This document shows, in pieces, positions 53,101-62,915 of a stretch of 64,000 nt of DNA; positions within the stretch are counted from its first letter, which is position 1; every line of letters starts with the position of its first letter. Where the stretch lies: assembly GCA_036961345.1 (NCBI GenBank), contig JBALVT010000003.1:6139-70138 (forward strand), written 5' to 3'. A program made the position numbers and the translations under genes. Under the pieces are notes generated by a model. That model was not told where the DNA came from and did no database searches. It worked only from the letters and a program-made list of their open reading frames with translations. Source of the stretch: Halioglobus sp. (GTDB lineage: Bacteria; Pseudomonadota; Gammaproteobacteria; Pseudomonadales; Halieaceae).

Positions 53101-54033
53101 GGGGGTTTTAGCCTCGTAGTTTTTCGGTGGCCATACCAGTTCAACATTGAGAATGGCTGTCTCGCCGGGGTTGAGTATTCCGGATTCGATCAATTGCTTT
53201 TCAAATCGGCTTGGAGAAATCATGAAACCCCTGTCGTCACTAAAATAGGTTTCGCCACTGGTGCCTACGCGTCCGCCAGCGGTCAGTTTGCCAAATTCCA
53301 GAGCAGGGTCCATGCGCATGGCCAGAATCGCGACGACCGATCCTTTATCGTTATGTATGGGTGCGGCTATAAACATGGAGGCATGATAATCCTCGGTACC
53401 GGTGATGCCATAGATGGGGACGTCCGAGCGTATGCTTGGTATCAAGACTACTTCGCCCGCAAACACCCGACCCAGAAGCTCCGGATACTCTTCGGCTATA
53501 AGGTTAATCTGGGCAAGATTGCTGTTACGCATAGACCCGATGTTGACGTGATCGGGGGAAATGACAAAAAAACCTCTGTGCTCCAGACCACTTCCGCCCT
53601 CGGTGATAATTTCACGAATACGTCGAAGTTCACGACTTCTTTCAAGAATTTGTGATGTGGGTTGTTTGCTCAACAGTCTTGTGACCTGCGTGCGAAATAC
53701 CGGCTCCGAGGCAATGGAAATAATTCGCGACTCCCAGCCTCCCAGCCAGGTGCTAAGTGCAGCATTGGTCGTTGTTGAAACCGCCTGTAGTGACTCGCCA
53801 GTCTGTTTACGCGTTTGCTCCCGTGACTCGGTTAAAGCTGCAATGGCGATCAGGGCGATCGTGGCGAGTACCAGCACCAACGCGGCCCCAGCTAACAGGC
53901 GTAATTGTGGTGTATTGAGCATGTCGCTCTGAGTGGAGACAAGGGCAGGTTTTTTAGCTCTTAGCAGCACCAGGACTGTTATCAACAAGCCCAGTAATAG
54001 TGCTGCGGTGGCGGCGGTTGCCATGTCGGACAT
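50173..54033 (-). CDS. Hybrid sensor histidine kinase: periplasmic Cache-like sensor, PAS, HisKA/HATPase, two REC domains and a C-terminal Hpt
   Basis: 1286 aa. H-box [11 protein letters not shown] and G-box [11 protein letters not shown] Asp sites [12 protein letters not shown] and [12 protein letters not shown]. Hpt [12 protein letters not shown]. Confidence 0.9.
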   Translation of the reverse strand: MSDMATAATAALLLGLLITVLVLLRAKKPALVSTQSDMLNTPQLRLLAGAALVLVLATIALIAIAALTESREQTRKQTGESLQAVSTTTNAALSTWLGGWESRIISIASEPVFRTQVTRLLSKQPTSQILERSRELRRIREIITEGGSGLEHRGFFVISPDHVNIGSMRNSNLAQINLIAEEYPELLGRVFAGEVVLIPSIRSDVPIYGITGTEDYHASMFIAAPIHNDKGSVVAILAMRMDPALEFGKLTAGGRVGTSGETYFSDDRGFMISPSRFEKQLIESGILNPGETAILNVELVWPPKNYEAKTPTSEKSTLTESAAAVKSHLSGENFSGYKNYRGVEVFGVWTWNERLGIGLITEISQAEAMKGYEGSRNIILGVMGSTVPLCLFLAVGVFWISHRANAQLLKVNEGLELRVQRRTEDLEARESRLWDLYENAPVAYVSITESGEILKHNLAFSQLTGYRREEFENINWHDLLTANNTEMAARITRGEPCMDVQLAIQRKDQSAVFTSVSAVPMFNDDKLEEVRVSLLDFTERAEAMRLLEGAKHLAEEANKTKSDFLANMSHEIRTPMNAIIGMSYLALQTDLNNKQRNYIDKVNRSAEALLGIINDILDFSKIEAGKLTMEKIDFQLEDVLVNLSNLVGLKAEEAGLELLFDIAPSIPTDLTGDPLRLGQILVNLGNNAVKFTESGDVVVKISLLEQQPNNVCLRFDVSDTGIGMNKEQQTRLFQPFSQADTSTTRTYGGTGLGLAICQNLTRLMGGEIWVSSEPGKGSVFSFTAHFGLQEGDTQAAKYDLTELSSIRALVVDDNAHARDIMCSMFTSFGIHIQAVSSGRDAIKLLEKNSPEEAISLVIMDWKMPGLDGIETTRLLQTSKKIHPAPTVIMLTAHGKEELVAQADTIAVHTILTKPVTPSTMLETIFSSIGSAVTLATATSANDSAFSEALAKLNGARILLVEDNELNQELAEEILQSHGLHVTIANNGQEAIDTMQNHTFDGVLMDCQMPVLDGYSATRKLREDKRFTDLPILAMTANAMAGDREKALASGMNDHIPKPINVSKMFVTMAQWIEPMLRSTETAAPAVTDSCTESIPVLAGVDVTASLERLNGNQALYIKLLQKFYEKYDNFEQQLATSMSSNESEPATRLAHTVKGLAGNIGATALEAIAAQAEEELSSSTPNHDTLQKLQTEIAGLRAQIGPSLEKKKEPPIEDNFDRSRSRELLSQLTDMLNEYDASVGDFLEEHSAELSAPLLLSDFKNLVKSIGDYDYEVSLQTVGDMMQKLD

Positions 54034-54161
54034 TGCGCTCTCCAGTTGGGCTGCGCGGAAAACTCACCCCCGCCGCTTTATTTTTGTAGATCCAGGTCTA
54101 TTCTAGCTTATGGGGGAGACAGAGTGTTAAACGGAGTGCGTGAGATGCTTATGCGTTGCGC

Positions 54162-54722
54162 TTAGCAGGCCCAGTCACGAAAATCGCGAAACTGTTTGGA
54201 CAAATAAGCCATTTGATCCGTTAGGATGCGGTCCTTCGCGAGGAAATGCCACTCCCAGGTATTGGGCCTGAAAGGCACGCCCAGCAGTGGCATCTTGGCT
54301 TCTTCGGGTGTCTTGTCATCTTTGCGCCAGTTGCAGCGCCCGCATGCTGCTACCACGTTTTCCCATCGATCTGCCCCGCCGCGGGAGGTGGGTTGAACAT
54401 GGTCCCGGGTGAGCTCTGAACGCGGAAATTGGCGACCGCAATAAAGGCAGCGGTGGTCGTCTCGTCTGAAAAGTGTCTTGTTTGTTAAGGTGAGCGTGAA
54501 GCCGCTGACAATTCTGCCGTGGACGGCGATAATCGGTTGGATGTCAATTCGTGATTGCATGCCCGTCAAGCGTTGTACTCCGCCAAACATAGGCGGAAGC
54601 GTTTCCCCTATGCCATAGCAGACATCGCCTCGGGCGTAGGCCGTTACGGCTTCATGCGCGGATATCCACCCTCGAGGCTGGCCCGCAAGATCCAGTTTCA
54701 GGACATTTTGCATGGTTTCCAC
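54162..54722 (-). CDS. HNH endonuclease-domain protein
   Basis: CLYCG..DHVQPTSRGG..WENVVAACGRCNWRK is an HNH/zinc-finger motif in the C-terminal half. The N-terminal 90 aa are of unknown fold. Confidence 0.8.
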   Translation of the reverse strand: METMQNVLKLDLAGQPRGWISAHEAVTAYARGDVCYGIGETLPPMFGGVQRLTGMQSRIDIQPIIAVHGRIVSGFTLTLTNKTLFRRDDHRCLYCGRQFPRSELTRDHVQPTSRGGADRWENVVAACGRCNWRKDDKTPEEAKMPLLGVPFRPNTWEWHFLAKDRILTDQMAYLSKQFRDFRDWAC

Positions 54723-54808
54723 TCATCATCTAAGGCCAACGCTACTGCAAAATCGACCTCTTAACAAATGTGAATTTTCCCGCTCTGTTATGCCTGGCTC
54801 CTGTTTGA

Positions 54809-55420
54809 TCAAACAGCGGTCCAGGAGTGGCATAATAGTTCCTCGTCACCGGCCAGAACCTTTCCTTCAAAATGGTCCCCTGCCAATACCCGGCCGACTC
54901 CTGCAGGTGTTCCTGTCATGACAATATCGCCATCTTCCAGGGTCGTAAACTTCGACAGTTCACCTAAGATGGTACCCGGCTTATACATCATGAGTGGTGT
55001 GCCGCCAGTCTGCCTGAGTTCTCCATTTACGCTAAGTGCCAGTGTAAGAATCTCTAGATTTTTGGGAACGGGCACAAACTTGCTAAAGAGAGCAGCACCG
55101 TCGAAAGCTTTGGCGCGCTCCCAGGGTAGCCCTTTTTCTTTTAGTTTGGATTGAAGTTCACGTTTGGTCAGGTCGAGGCCAAAACCCACCGCGCTTAGTT
55201 CGCCGTGCTGAACGACAAAGCAAAGCTCACTTTCGTAGTGAATAGACTCCCCTAAATGAGAGTGCAAGGTTGTGCCGATGGCCGAATTTGGCTTGTTGAA
55301 CACCACCATGTCATCCGGTATTTCGTTCCCCAATTCTTCGATGTGGGCCACATAGTTTCGACCGATACAAACAATTTTACCGGGTGTGATAAGAGCGTTT
55401 TGTAGCTCGATGGTATGCAT
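54809..55420 (-). CDS. Fumarylacetoacetate hydrolase family protein
   Basis: 203 aa with the FAH fold pattern (KIVCIGRNYVAH, YESELCFVV, GDIVMTGTPAGVG). Confidence 0.88.
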   Translation of the reverse strand: MHTIELQNALITPGKIVCIGRNYVAHIEELGNEIPDDMVVFNKPNSAIGTTLHSHLGESIHYESELCFVVQHGELSAVGFGLDLTKRELQSKLKEKGLPWERAKAFDGAALFSKFVPVPKNLEILTLALSVNGELRQTGGTPLMMYKPGTILGELSKFTTLEDGDIVMTGTPAGVGRVLAGDHFEGKVLAGDEELLCHSWTAV

Positions 55421-55542
55421 GTTGCCTCGTATAGACTGTTGTTGGAAAAGGGTATACCGTCTGTCTCTATAGCTGTTTTACCTTAACACATAGAGGCAGC
55501 TTTGAATGTTTCGCTGCATGTTAAAGGGTCAGGTTCAGTAAA

Positions 55543-56544
55543 ATGAAATTCTCCGCGACAGGTGCTTTCCAGAGCCTTTTTATATCAACCCTGCTAAGCC
55601 TGTTATGGGTTGGAGCAGCCAATGCACAGTGGCTGAAGGCCTCACGTACGCTAATGGGGACCCAGGTCAGTGTAGAAATATGGTCAGAGGATATCGTGAC
55701 GGGACGCGACGCCATTGAAAAGGTTTTTGCCGAGATCGAACGGCTGGATTTAATGATGAACCCCTGGAATGTTGAGAGTGAACTGGCGCGTATCAATCGC
55801 GAAGCCGCTTTACATCCAGTGACGACCACAGCCGAGATTATTACCGTGATTGACAAGGCGCTCTATTATTCCCGTCTTAGCGATGGGGCTTTTGATATCA
55901 GTTTCGCCTCTGTTGGCCAGTATTATGACTATAGAGAGGGTAAATCGCCGGATGCCAAGAAGCTGGCGTCTGAGCGGGAAAATATAGATTTTCGGACTAT
56001 AGAGCTGGACGTTGCTGATTCGACTATTCGCTATACCAAGCCCGGATTGCAAATTGATTTGGGCGGGATTGCAAAAGGTTATGCGGTGGATCGAGGCATA
56101 GGCATTTTGCAGGAACTGGGGATAGAGTCTGCGGTGATCGCTGCCGGAGGAGACAGCCGAATACTGGGCAGCATGGCGGACAGGCCGCGAATTATAGGCA
56201 TTCGGCACCCTCGTAAAAAAAATGAACACGCCGTACTCATGCCCCTGGTCGATACCGCCATTTCCACCTCTGGCGATTACGAGCGCTATTTTGTGAAGGA
56301 TGGAATACGCTTTCATCATATTCTTGAGCCCTCGACGGGGGAGGCGTCCCGTGGCGTACAAAGCGCCAGCGTAATCGCAGCGTATGCGCTGGATACGGAC
56401 GCGCTATCAACCACAGTTTTTGTATTAGGCGTGGAGCGCGGGCTTGAGCTTGTCAATCGCCTGGAGGGCGTGGACGCCATCGTAATCGATGGCGAGGGTA
56501 AACTGCACTATTCCCAGGAGCTATTGCTTAGTACCAGGCCGTGA
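55543..56544 (+). CDS. apbE: FAD:protein FMN transferase (ApbE family), secreted
   Basis: Signal peptide. MGTQVSVEIW, DLGGIAKGYAVD and TSGDYERYF motifs. Confidence 0.88.
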   Translation: MKFSATGAFQSLFISTLLSLLWVGAANAQWLKASRTLMGTQVSVEIWSEDIVTGRDAIEKVFAEIERLDLMMNPWNVESELARINREAALHPVTTTAEIITVIDKALYYSRLSDGAFDISFASVGQYYDYREGKSPDAKKLASERENIDFRTIELDVADSTIRYTKPGLQIDLGGIAKGYAVDRGIGILQELGIESAVIAAGGDSRILGSMADRPRIIGIRHPRKKNEHAVLMPLVDTAISTSGDYERYFVKDGIRFHHILEPSTGEASRGVQSASVIAAYALDTDALSTTVFVLGVERGLELVNRLEGVDAIVIDGEGKLHYSQELLLSTRP

Positions 56545-57673
56545 AGAGTATTTTAAATACATCAGCTTCGAAGTCGTAGAGTTTTTCTTCTCCGACCGGA
56601 GAGTTCACATCTGTCAGATCGCTAAAATTATCATAATCAAACCAGATTCGATCCCACTGTAATGAAATGCCTGCTTTGTCCAACCATCGGTTGCTAACGT
56701 CGCGTGAATAACTCAAGTGAAGTGAAAGGGTGTGGTCGGTGAATTCGCTGAGTTCTTTGTCCCTTGCGCGGTAGTCCTTATCGTCCTGGGAGGAAACGAT
56801 GAACAGATCGCTGTAGAAATCAGCAGCGCCTTGCTGGTAATACCGGTACTTTAGATCGCCGGTCCAGTTTTCAAAAAACACATGGGTGTAAATTATCTGC
56901 GCGGTATGGGCGTCAATTCCCCAATCATCAGTGAAGTAGCGATAACTGCCGCCCGCGCTGGCATGCCAGGGTAGACGATAGCGGAATCGGATTGCCGCCG
57001 CATCGCTGGTGCGGGTTTTGGGGTAAACCTCCTGGGCAAGTTGGTACCCAGCCTCGGGGTCTAGCGGGTCGCTTAAGTAGCGATAACTGCGGTATGGATT
57101 GTTCAGAAAGCCTTCATCGGTAATAAGCTCGTAATTGAAACCCAGAATGAGCTCGGGGGTGACGATCTGACTCACACCCAGACGATAACTATCACGGCTT
57201 ATTTCTTCGGCAAATTCGTCGTTCCCGTTTTGAAAAACCTCATCTTCACCTCGGGCATAGCCCAGGGAAACGTTAGTTAAATCACCGAAGAAGTCCTGAC
57301 TAATATTGAAGTAGTAGGTTTGCGCCTGATAGTCGCTTTCATCGCTGTCCGTGTAGCCGGCGCTTAATATACTCTTGTCATACAGATAATTAGCGCCAAT
57401 GGAATATTCTGTGCGCTCTTCTTTGTAGGCTGAAGCGCCGCTGGTAACCACATCTATCGAGGCGCTACTGATGTTGTCTACGTAGTAGTTTCCACTGATT
57501 GAGACAGTTTCCTTGAAATTTTTTCTGACCAATATCGAAGGCCCGTCGACAGTAACGCCGCCACCATCGTATCGGTGATACATTGCGTCTGCTCGCTCTT
57601 CTGGCAATACGGCACCGTGTGCCGCAGCCGCACAATATAAAACGAGGACGAAGGCTAATCTAATTGCAACCAC
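56528..57673 (-). CDS. DUF3570-like predicted outer-membrane beta-barrel protein
   Basis: Alternating beta-strand pattern and a C-terminal ...ILFTAWY beta-signal. The probable GTG start at 57673 or 57679 overlaps the DUF4266 stop; the ORF-track ATG starts would overlap it by 70 nt or more. The 3' end overlaps apbE by 17 nt. Confidence 0.75.
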   Translation of the reverse strand: MVAIRLAFVLVLYCAAAAHGAVLPEERADAMYHRYDGGGVTVDGPSILVRKNFKETVSISGNYYVDNISSASIDVVTSGASAYKEERTEYSIGANYLYDKSILSAGYTDSDESDYQAQTYYFNISQDFFGDLTNVSLGYARGEDEVFQNGNDEFAEEISRDSYRLGVSQIVTPELILGFNYELITDEGFLNNPYRSYRYLSDPLDPEAGYQLAQEVYPKTRTSDAAAIRFRYRLPWHASAGGSYRYFTDDWGIDAHTAQIIYTHVFFENWTGDLKYRYYQQGAADFYSDLFIVSSQDDKDYRARDKELSEFTDHTLSLHLSYSRDVSNRWLDKAGISLQWDRIWFDYDNFSDLTDVNSPVGEEKLYDFEADVFKILFTAWY

Positions 57674-57884
57674 AGCCACCGCCTCCACCGCCCTCTGCAC
57701 CACGTGCACCCTCGCGTGCCTGATACACATGGTGGCCATATCCTTCGGCAATTGGATCTCTTTCAAAGCTCATGATTGGGTCCGCCATATTCTGTCGCTC
57801 GTAGGGCTTCACCCATGGTTCGACACCACAGGCGCTAACAAGCGGCATTAGCAATAGTAGCGACAATAACCTTAGCGTCTTCAT
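57660..57884 (-). CDS. DUF4266-like small lipoprotein ending in Gly6-Cys-Gly-Cys-Asn
   Basis: Lipobox LVSAC. 74 aa. C-terminus GAEGGGGGGCGCN. Starts 4 nt after the TlpA stop. Confidence 0.75.
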   Translation of the reverse strand: MKTLRLLSLLLLMPLVSACGVEPWVKPYERQNMADPIMSFERDPIAEGYGHHVYQAREGARGAEGGGGGGCGCN

Positions 57885-57888
57885 CGGC

Positions 57889-58371
57889 TTATTCCTTGAT
57901 TAGTGTACGCACCTGTTTTTCATATTCGTGTTCATAGCCTGGTTTGTAACCGCGGTGCATAAAGCGAATGTCACCGTTGCGGTCTACCAGAACGGTAACT
58001 GGCATTGCATCGACGTCATACAGTTCACTCACCAGATTGGAGTCGTCAAAGAGGATTGGGAAAGAGACGGGGATATCGCGCAGAATTTTGTCGGCCATCT
58101 TGCGATCCTGCTCCACGTTGACGCCGAAAACTGTAAATCCCATAGGTTGATATTTCTGATGGATGGCGTCCAAATGCGGCATCTCCTGTCTACAGGGGCC
58201 GCACCAGGAGGCCCAGAAATTTATTAGTACCACCTGTCCGCGGTATTCGCTGAGCCGAATGTTTTCACCGCCGGCGCTTTTTAATGTGAAGTTTTCGGCT
58301 GGCCCAGTGTCGGTGACCGCCAGGGTCGATGATGCGTATACCAGCATGAATAGAAGTAGAATGTTTTTCAT
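57889..58371 (-). CDS. TlpA-family periplasmic thiol:disulfide oxidoreductase
   Basis: Signal peptide and the WASWCGPC active site. Confidence 0.88.
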   Translation of the reverse strand: MKNILLLFMLVYASSTLAVTDTGPAENFTLKSAGGENIRLSEYRGQVVLINFWASWCGPCRQEMPHLDAIHQKYQPMGFTVFGVNVEQDRKMADKILRDIPVSFPILFDDSNLVSELYDVDAMPVTVLVDRNGDIRFMHRGYKPGYEHEYEKQVRTLIKE

Positions 58372-58396
58372 TGTTAGCCCCGGGGTGTCTCTTGTT

Positions 58397-59041
58397 TTAG
58401 AAAAAGAAAGTAATGCCTGTGGTCAGTTCAATATTGTTAGTCGTCTCATCTTTGCCAAAGGTATCCCGGTCAAAAATGTGGTCGCGTACATCAATCCGCC
58501 AGGCTATCGTGTCATTGAGGAGCAATCGATAGCCCGCTCCAACTGAAATAGTAAACCAGCTATCGCCCAGGAATTCGGTGCTGCCCACGCCGCCGATAAA
58601 GTACAGATCAGACTTCAGGGCTGTATTGCCAAAGACAAAAACTTCACCGGGTAGTGCGTTCCAGCCCAGATTTAGGTCGTAGTAGGTATAATCCCGATCG
58701 CTGTCTTTAAACAAGGGGGCTCCCCCACTGAGCTTTTCGTAACTGGTTAGATCTCCCTCGGAGCTCCCAATGCTTGCCTCAAAAAAGAAGTCCTCTGTGA
58801 TGTGCCAGGCTCCGCGCAACCCATAAACAACCTCGCTTTCGAAATCCTGGATACTGAGAATGCCGACAAAAGGGCCCACTTCGAAATTTTCAGTATCGAT
58901 CTTGGCAGTGGTGATCTCTCGCCGATCAATCTCGGGGTCGATAACCTGTAGAGGCTCTGGCTGTTCATCGGCATAGCTATAGCCGGACAGTGTAGTGTAA
59001 AAAGCGACCGCTAGTAGAAGGCGCTTATTCCAATTTTCCAT
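58397..59041 (-). CDS. Small outer-membrane beta-barrel protein
   Basis: Signal peptide ([17 protein letters not shown]). Alternating strands. C-terminal ...TTGITFFF. Confidence 0.7.
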   Translation of the reverse strand: MENWNKRLLLAVAFYTTLSGYSYADEQPEPLQVIDPEIDRREITTAKIDTENFEVGPFVGILSIQDFESEVVYGLRGAWHITEDFFFEASIGSSEGDLTSYEKLSGGAPLFKDSDRDYTYYDLNLGWNALPGEVFVFGNTALKSDLYFIGGVGSTEFLGDSWFTISVGAGYRLLLNDTIAWRIDVRDHIFDRDTFGKDETTNNIELTTGITFFF

Positions 59042-59796
59042 TCGTCGACCTCATCGTCATCGTCGCGATCAGTCATGATCACGTAGTGTTTATATTGCAA
59101 ACGCAGTAGTAGGCGCTTGCTCAAATGTATCCGTATGCCAGCACCTACGCTGGCGGTTGAGTCTGTACGATCCTCAGTTTCTACCAGGGATGATCGGGGA
59201 TTGGTTTCGCGTACTCCCCCGCCAATGGTTAGAAATGGCGAATAGCGTTTATCGGGAAACATCTGGTGAACGATACTGGCGGTCACCATTTTCCCATCGG
59301 AAAAATCACCAAAATTCTCGGTCGCTGCCACTTCCAGGGATAAGTTTCGCGTAAAGTGCCAGCCTACATAGCCGGTAATCGCATCGGAGCTGTCGTAGTC
59401 TCCCGCCATGATGCCAAATTCCCAGGTACGATTGGCGAAGCTTTCCAGGTCTGGACTCTTGAAATTTAGCGGTTCACCGTCTGAGTTAAGGGTCGCTCCG
59501 ATGTCGTCCACGTGAACCCAGCCCTCAATCCCACGTTGATTACGAATTTTAATCCAGTCGGTGCGACGCTTGAGTAACTCAATGGTTTCACCACGCTCTG
59601 CAATATAGAAAACGGGGTAGCCGCGCCCGGGCTGCGTACGCATTTCGATATAGGGCTGAGCTACGACGGACTGCATGGCCGCTTCCGGTTCGTCCGCCTG
59701 GGATATCGTGCTGCCCAGGCAAAGCAACAACACCAGCACCAGGTTGCCAAGAGTTTGGGCGTGGCGCGTACTATGGTTGTTTTTGTATGCCTGCAT
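59011..59796 (-). CDS. SH3b-like domain fused to an outer-membrane beta-barrel
   Basis: Signal peptide, then an SH3-like segment ([46 protein letters not shown]). The barrel ends ...WKIGISAFY. The start is ATG 59796 or TTG 59826; the latter overlaps the upstream stop. Confidence 0.7.
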   Translation of the reverse strand: MQAYKNNHSTRHAQTLGNLVLVLLLCLGSTISQADEPEAAMQSVVAQPYIEMRTQPGRGYPVFYIAERGETIELLKRRTDWIKIRNQRGIEGWVHVDDIGATLNSDGEPLNFKSPDLESFANRTWEFGIMAGDYDSSDAITGYVGWHFTRNLSLEVAATENFGDFSDGKMVTASIVHQMFPDKRYSPFLTIGGGVRETNPRSSLVETEDRTDSTASVGAGIRIHLSKRLLLRLQYKHYVIMTDRDDDDEVDEWKIGISAFY

Positions 59797-59818
59797 GCCC
59801 ACTTGTATACCGTTATTT

Positions 59819-62626
59819 TTATTCAATCAGGCGAGCATCGAATGGATTGTTATAGTACTGGGCACCGATATCCAGCCACTCGGATATAAGCCGCAATTCA
59901 CTGGCGCTCAACAGGCCCCGATGATCCACCGTATTGGTGGTTGCGGGCACTGGTATGCCGCCGTCTTCCGTGCAATTGTCCGGTAGCGCAGGTACGGCGT
60001 CGGGCCCGCAAGCTCCACCCTCAAAACAATTTAAAAAGCCGTCACTTTGGTTGGCAAAGCCGGCACGCATTCTTGTGCCCACTGACAGTGTTAGCGTTGT
60101 GCTGAGTATATTGCCCTGCTCATCCACTTCACTGCAAACTCGCTGGCGTTCGGCCAGGGCTCCGGCTGTCGTAATCCATTGCGCCGAGTCGATATCCAAT
60201 AGCTCACGATAAGAGCGGTAGTGGTCGGGGTCAATAGCGGAAGGAGAATTGGTGAGGTCAAGTTGGCCAGCCGCCACACTGGTATCGCCCGCAGTTGCAT
60301 GGCAGCCTACGCATGTGTCGATCATATTGCCGCTGCCATCGTCTACTGCGCTGCGTACTCGCTGCCAAATGGGCTGTATGTGGTCGATATAATTAATCAC
60401 GATACGGCTGGGTTCTCCAGGGTCCAAATTGTTTACAATAATCGGTTTGTCCGCTGGAATATCCGTCCAGTCAGGATCGTATTCCCGATCGAGAATGTCC
60501 GGGTCCCGGGTCAGGGTTGGTGCGCTCCATTCATCGGTATAAGAAGGGGCCAGCGTCAATTGCCTGTCCGGTGCCGTTTCGTTGCCCATGGGCCTGTGAA
60601 AGTCCCATACCTGGGCCATTGTCTGTCCCACTTCGGTGGCGAAAAGGTCGGTTGAGTCGGTTCCACTAAAACCAGTAACACCGTTTGGTAGCGCCGTGGC
60701 GCCGGGGTTGGACGCCGTGGGTTGCGAATTGTATCTGCCATGCGGTAAGGGGTTGCCCCCGGAGTGACAGCCGGTGCAGTGCATCACCTCTCCGGGGCCC
60801 AGTTGCAACCAGTAGTTGTGACGTGGACCAATTCTGCGGCCCTGGACATCCAGAACACTGAAGCTGAACGGCCTGTCGGCGGATACGTTCACGGTGACTG
60901 AACCATCTGGCTCTATCGGTGCGTAACCGGTGATCTCGCGAAACGAAAAAGCGGTCGTTACACCAAAGGCAAACTCTGGGATTTCAAACACGTCAGGGTC
61001 GGGAATAGGTACCGGCTGGAATATTCTCAGAAACCGTGCAGGGCGTGCGGCGAAGGCGGGGTTGCCAGGTTGTGCGTGCTGGGCAATGCCGGCCGGTGAG
61101 TTATCCATGCCGTCCAGGTCGTAAACGCTGTCTATCAATAGCTGGCCCATATTTGCCGCGGCCAGATCGGCGTTAAAACTCAATGGCAGTGGCAAAATCT
61201 CGGGGAATTCGCGCGGCTCAGCGGCGATCACCTCGGTAATAATAAATCCTTCCTGACCGACGACAACCGGTAACTGTGTGTCGTTGGCGGGGTCGTAAAT
61301 CCAGGCGCCATACAGGGGAGGGGCTACGACGGTGTTGTCGGCTTGTAGTTTGCAGGGCTGGAAATCGCCGGCCTGAGCGGCTTGATCGGGGTCGGTAAGG
61401 TTTGCGTCTTCGGCTATTACACGACAATCAGCCCAGGTCACCAGCAGGCGTCCGGTGCCATCGCGCAGCGGGTAAACTGAACCAAATTGACCCCCCTGCG
61501 AGAGCAGTCCGTCGGTTCGTATTTCGGTATTGGTTAGCGACACATGTCCGGGTCCGGCTGCGCCCTGATTTTCCCAGGTAGGCTGGTCCCGCTCTGTAAA
61601 ATTTTCTGTGTCGATAATAATAAGCTCGCCGCCGAAAGTAGTTGAGCTAAAAGGTTTGGCGACACTAATCAGTCGCCCGTCGTCCAGTTCTCTGGGCGCC
61701 ATGAATTCGATCGCGCTGTCGTTGGTGCCGGTATTTTGGCTGTGAAAGCCATACAGCGGTGATAATTCCAATCCTGAGGGGCTCACCCGGAACAGACTGA
61801 TGTGATTGCTGGCGGTGTTGTTCCAGCGGCTGAACACAATTTCCCCTGAGGAAAGCACAGCGGCGTCCAGGTCGTGGCTTAAATTGAAAGAAATCTGTTT
61901 GAATTCGGCATCGCGTAATTGCGGATCATAAATATGCAACACTGCAGCTGGGTCATTACCGCTTTCGGTAAGCGCGGCGAATATCTGGCTGCGGCTCTCG
62001 TCAAGTTGCCTGGCCTGGCTGGCAACCTGTCGTGTGGAGCTAAACAAAATTCGATCGTCTGTTAGAAAGTGTGGTGCTATATCGTGGCCACCACCTGTTT
62101 CCACGCCTTCATTTCGTTTGATACGCGATGGGATGAGGTATTGGGGTTCCAGAGACTCCAGGTTCAGGGTCCATAGATTCCAGGTTGTGCGTTCGAGGTT
62201 GTCATCTATAGGCTGGGGTACCGCGCGAACGGCAAAAATCAGAGTGCTGCCGTCAAAAGAGCTGTCCACGCCTTTGATGTCTATGGCGATTTCTTCAGCG
62301 GCAATACCTTCTTCTTCAGCAACTACCTGGGCTATCAGCCTGGTAATGTCAGTTTCATCCGCGCTGGCAGCAGAACGATCTCTCACAAACAGCTGCGCAC
62401 CGGGTGCAAATTCCAGCGGATTCCTCAGGTCGGTGGGCTCTTCAGGCAGGGGGCGTTTGATATAGGCGATGGGTATTTCCAATACCACGGGATCTTCGCC
62501 CTGGCTGTCTTTGGAAATGCTCACGCCACCGCCACCGCCACCGGTGCAGCCAACGGCAAATACGATCGGAATTAGCGGAGCAAGGGTGCCAAATAATGCT
62601 CCCGAAATTTGCCCAATTTTCTTCAT
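59819..62626 (-). CDS. 935-aa lipoprotein: Gly6 linker, beta-propeller-like N-terminal half, two CXXCH heme-binding motifs in the C-terminal half
   Basis: Lipobox AVGC followed by TGGGGGG. TolB/PD40-like strand motifs ([26 protein letters not shown]). CTGCH at residues 617-621 (nt 60778-60764). CVGCH at residues 772-776 (nt 60313-60299). Confidence 0.8.
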   Translation of the reverse strand: MKKIGQISGALFGTLAPLIPIVFAVGCTGGGGGGVSISKDSQGEDPVVLEIPIAYIKRPLPEEPTDLRNPLEFAPGAQLFVRDRSAASADETDITRLIAQVVAEEEGIAAEEIAIDIKGVDSSFDGSTLIFAVRAVPQPIDDNLERTTWNLWTLNLESLEPQYLIPSRIKRNEGVETGGGHDIAPHFLTDDRILFSSTRQVASQARQLDESRSQIFAALTESGNDPAAVLHIYDPQLRDAEFKQISFNLSHDLDAAVLSSGEIVFSRWNNTASNHISLFRVSPSGLELSPLYGFHSQNTGTNDSAIEFMAPRELDDGRLISVAKPFSSTTFGGELIIIDTENFTERDQPTWENQGAAGPGHVSLTNTEIRTDGLLSQGGQFGSVYPLRDGTGRLLVTWADCRVIAEDANLTDPDQAAQAGDFQPCKLQADNTVVAPPLYGAWIYDPANDTQLPVVVGQEGFIITEVIAAEPREFPEILPLPLSFNADLAAANMGQLLIDSVYDLDGMDNSPAGIAQHAQPGNPAFAARPARFLRIFQPVPIPDPDVFEIPEFAFGVTTAFSFREITGYAPIEPDGSVTVNVSADRPFSFSVLDVQGRRIGPRHNYWLQLGPGEVMHCTGCHSGGNPLPHGRYNSQPTASNPGATALPNGVTGFSGTDSTDLFATEVGQTMAQVWDFHRPMGNETAPDRQLTLAPSYTDEWSAPTLTRDPDILDREYDPDWTDIPADKPIIVNNLDPGEPSRIVINYIDHIQPIWQRVRSAVDDGSGNMIDTCVGCHATAGDTSVAAGQLDLTNSPSAIDPDHYRSYRELLDIDSAQWITTAGALAERQRVCSEVDEQGNILSTTLTLSVGTRMRAGFANQSDGFLNCFEGGACGPDAVPALPDNCTEDGGIPVPATTNTVDHRGLLSASELRLISEWLDIGAQYYNNPFDARLIE

Positions 62627-62915
62627 TTTCCAGTTATTACCTGTGGTTATTATACTAAAAACAGCGAGACCGATAAAATAAATCCTTTAGAATCAGGTAG
62701 ATAGAAATATTTTTTGATTTGATCATCTATTCTGGCCCTATTGTGATACCGTTTGCAATATAAAAAGTACAAACAGTTAGGGAATATAAACACCTCCAGC
62801 AGCCATATGATGCACGACAAATTTGGGGGATTTTTAATCGCGGGACCCGCTTATCCGCGTTAACGAGGTTTGACAAATCAGCTGACACTGATTCGCCACT
62901 TTTGAGGCCTGGTTG

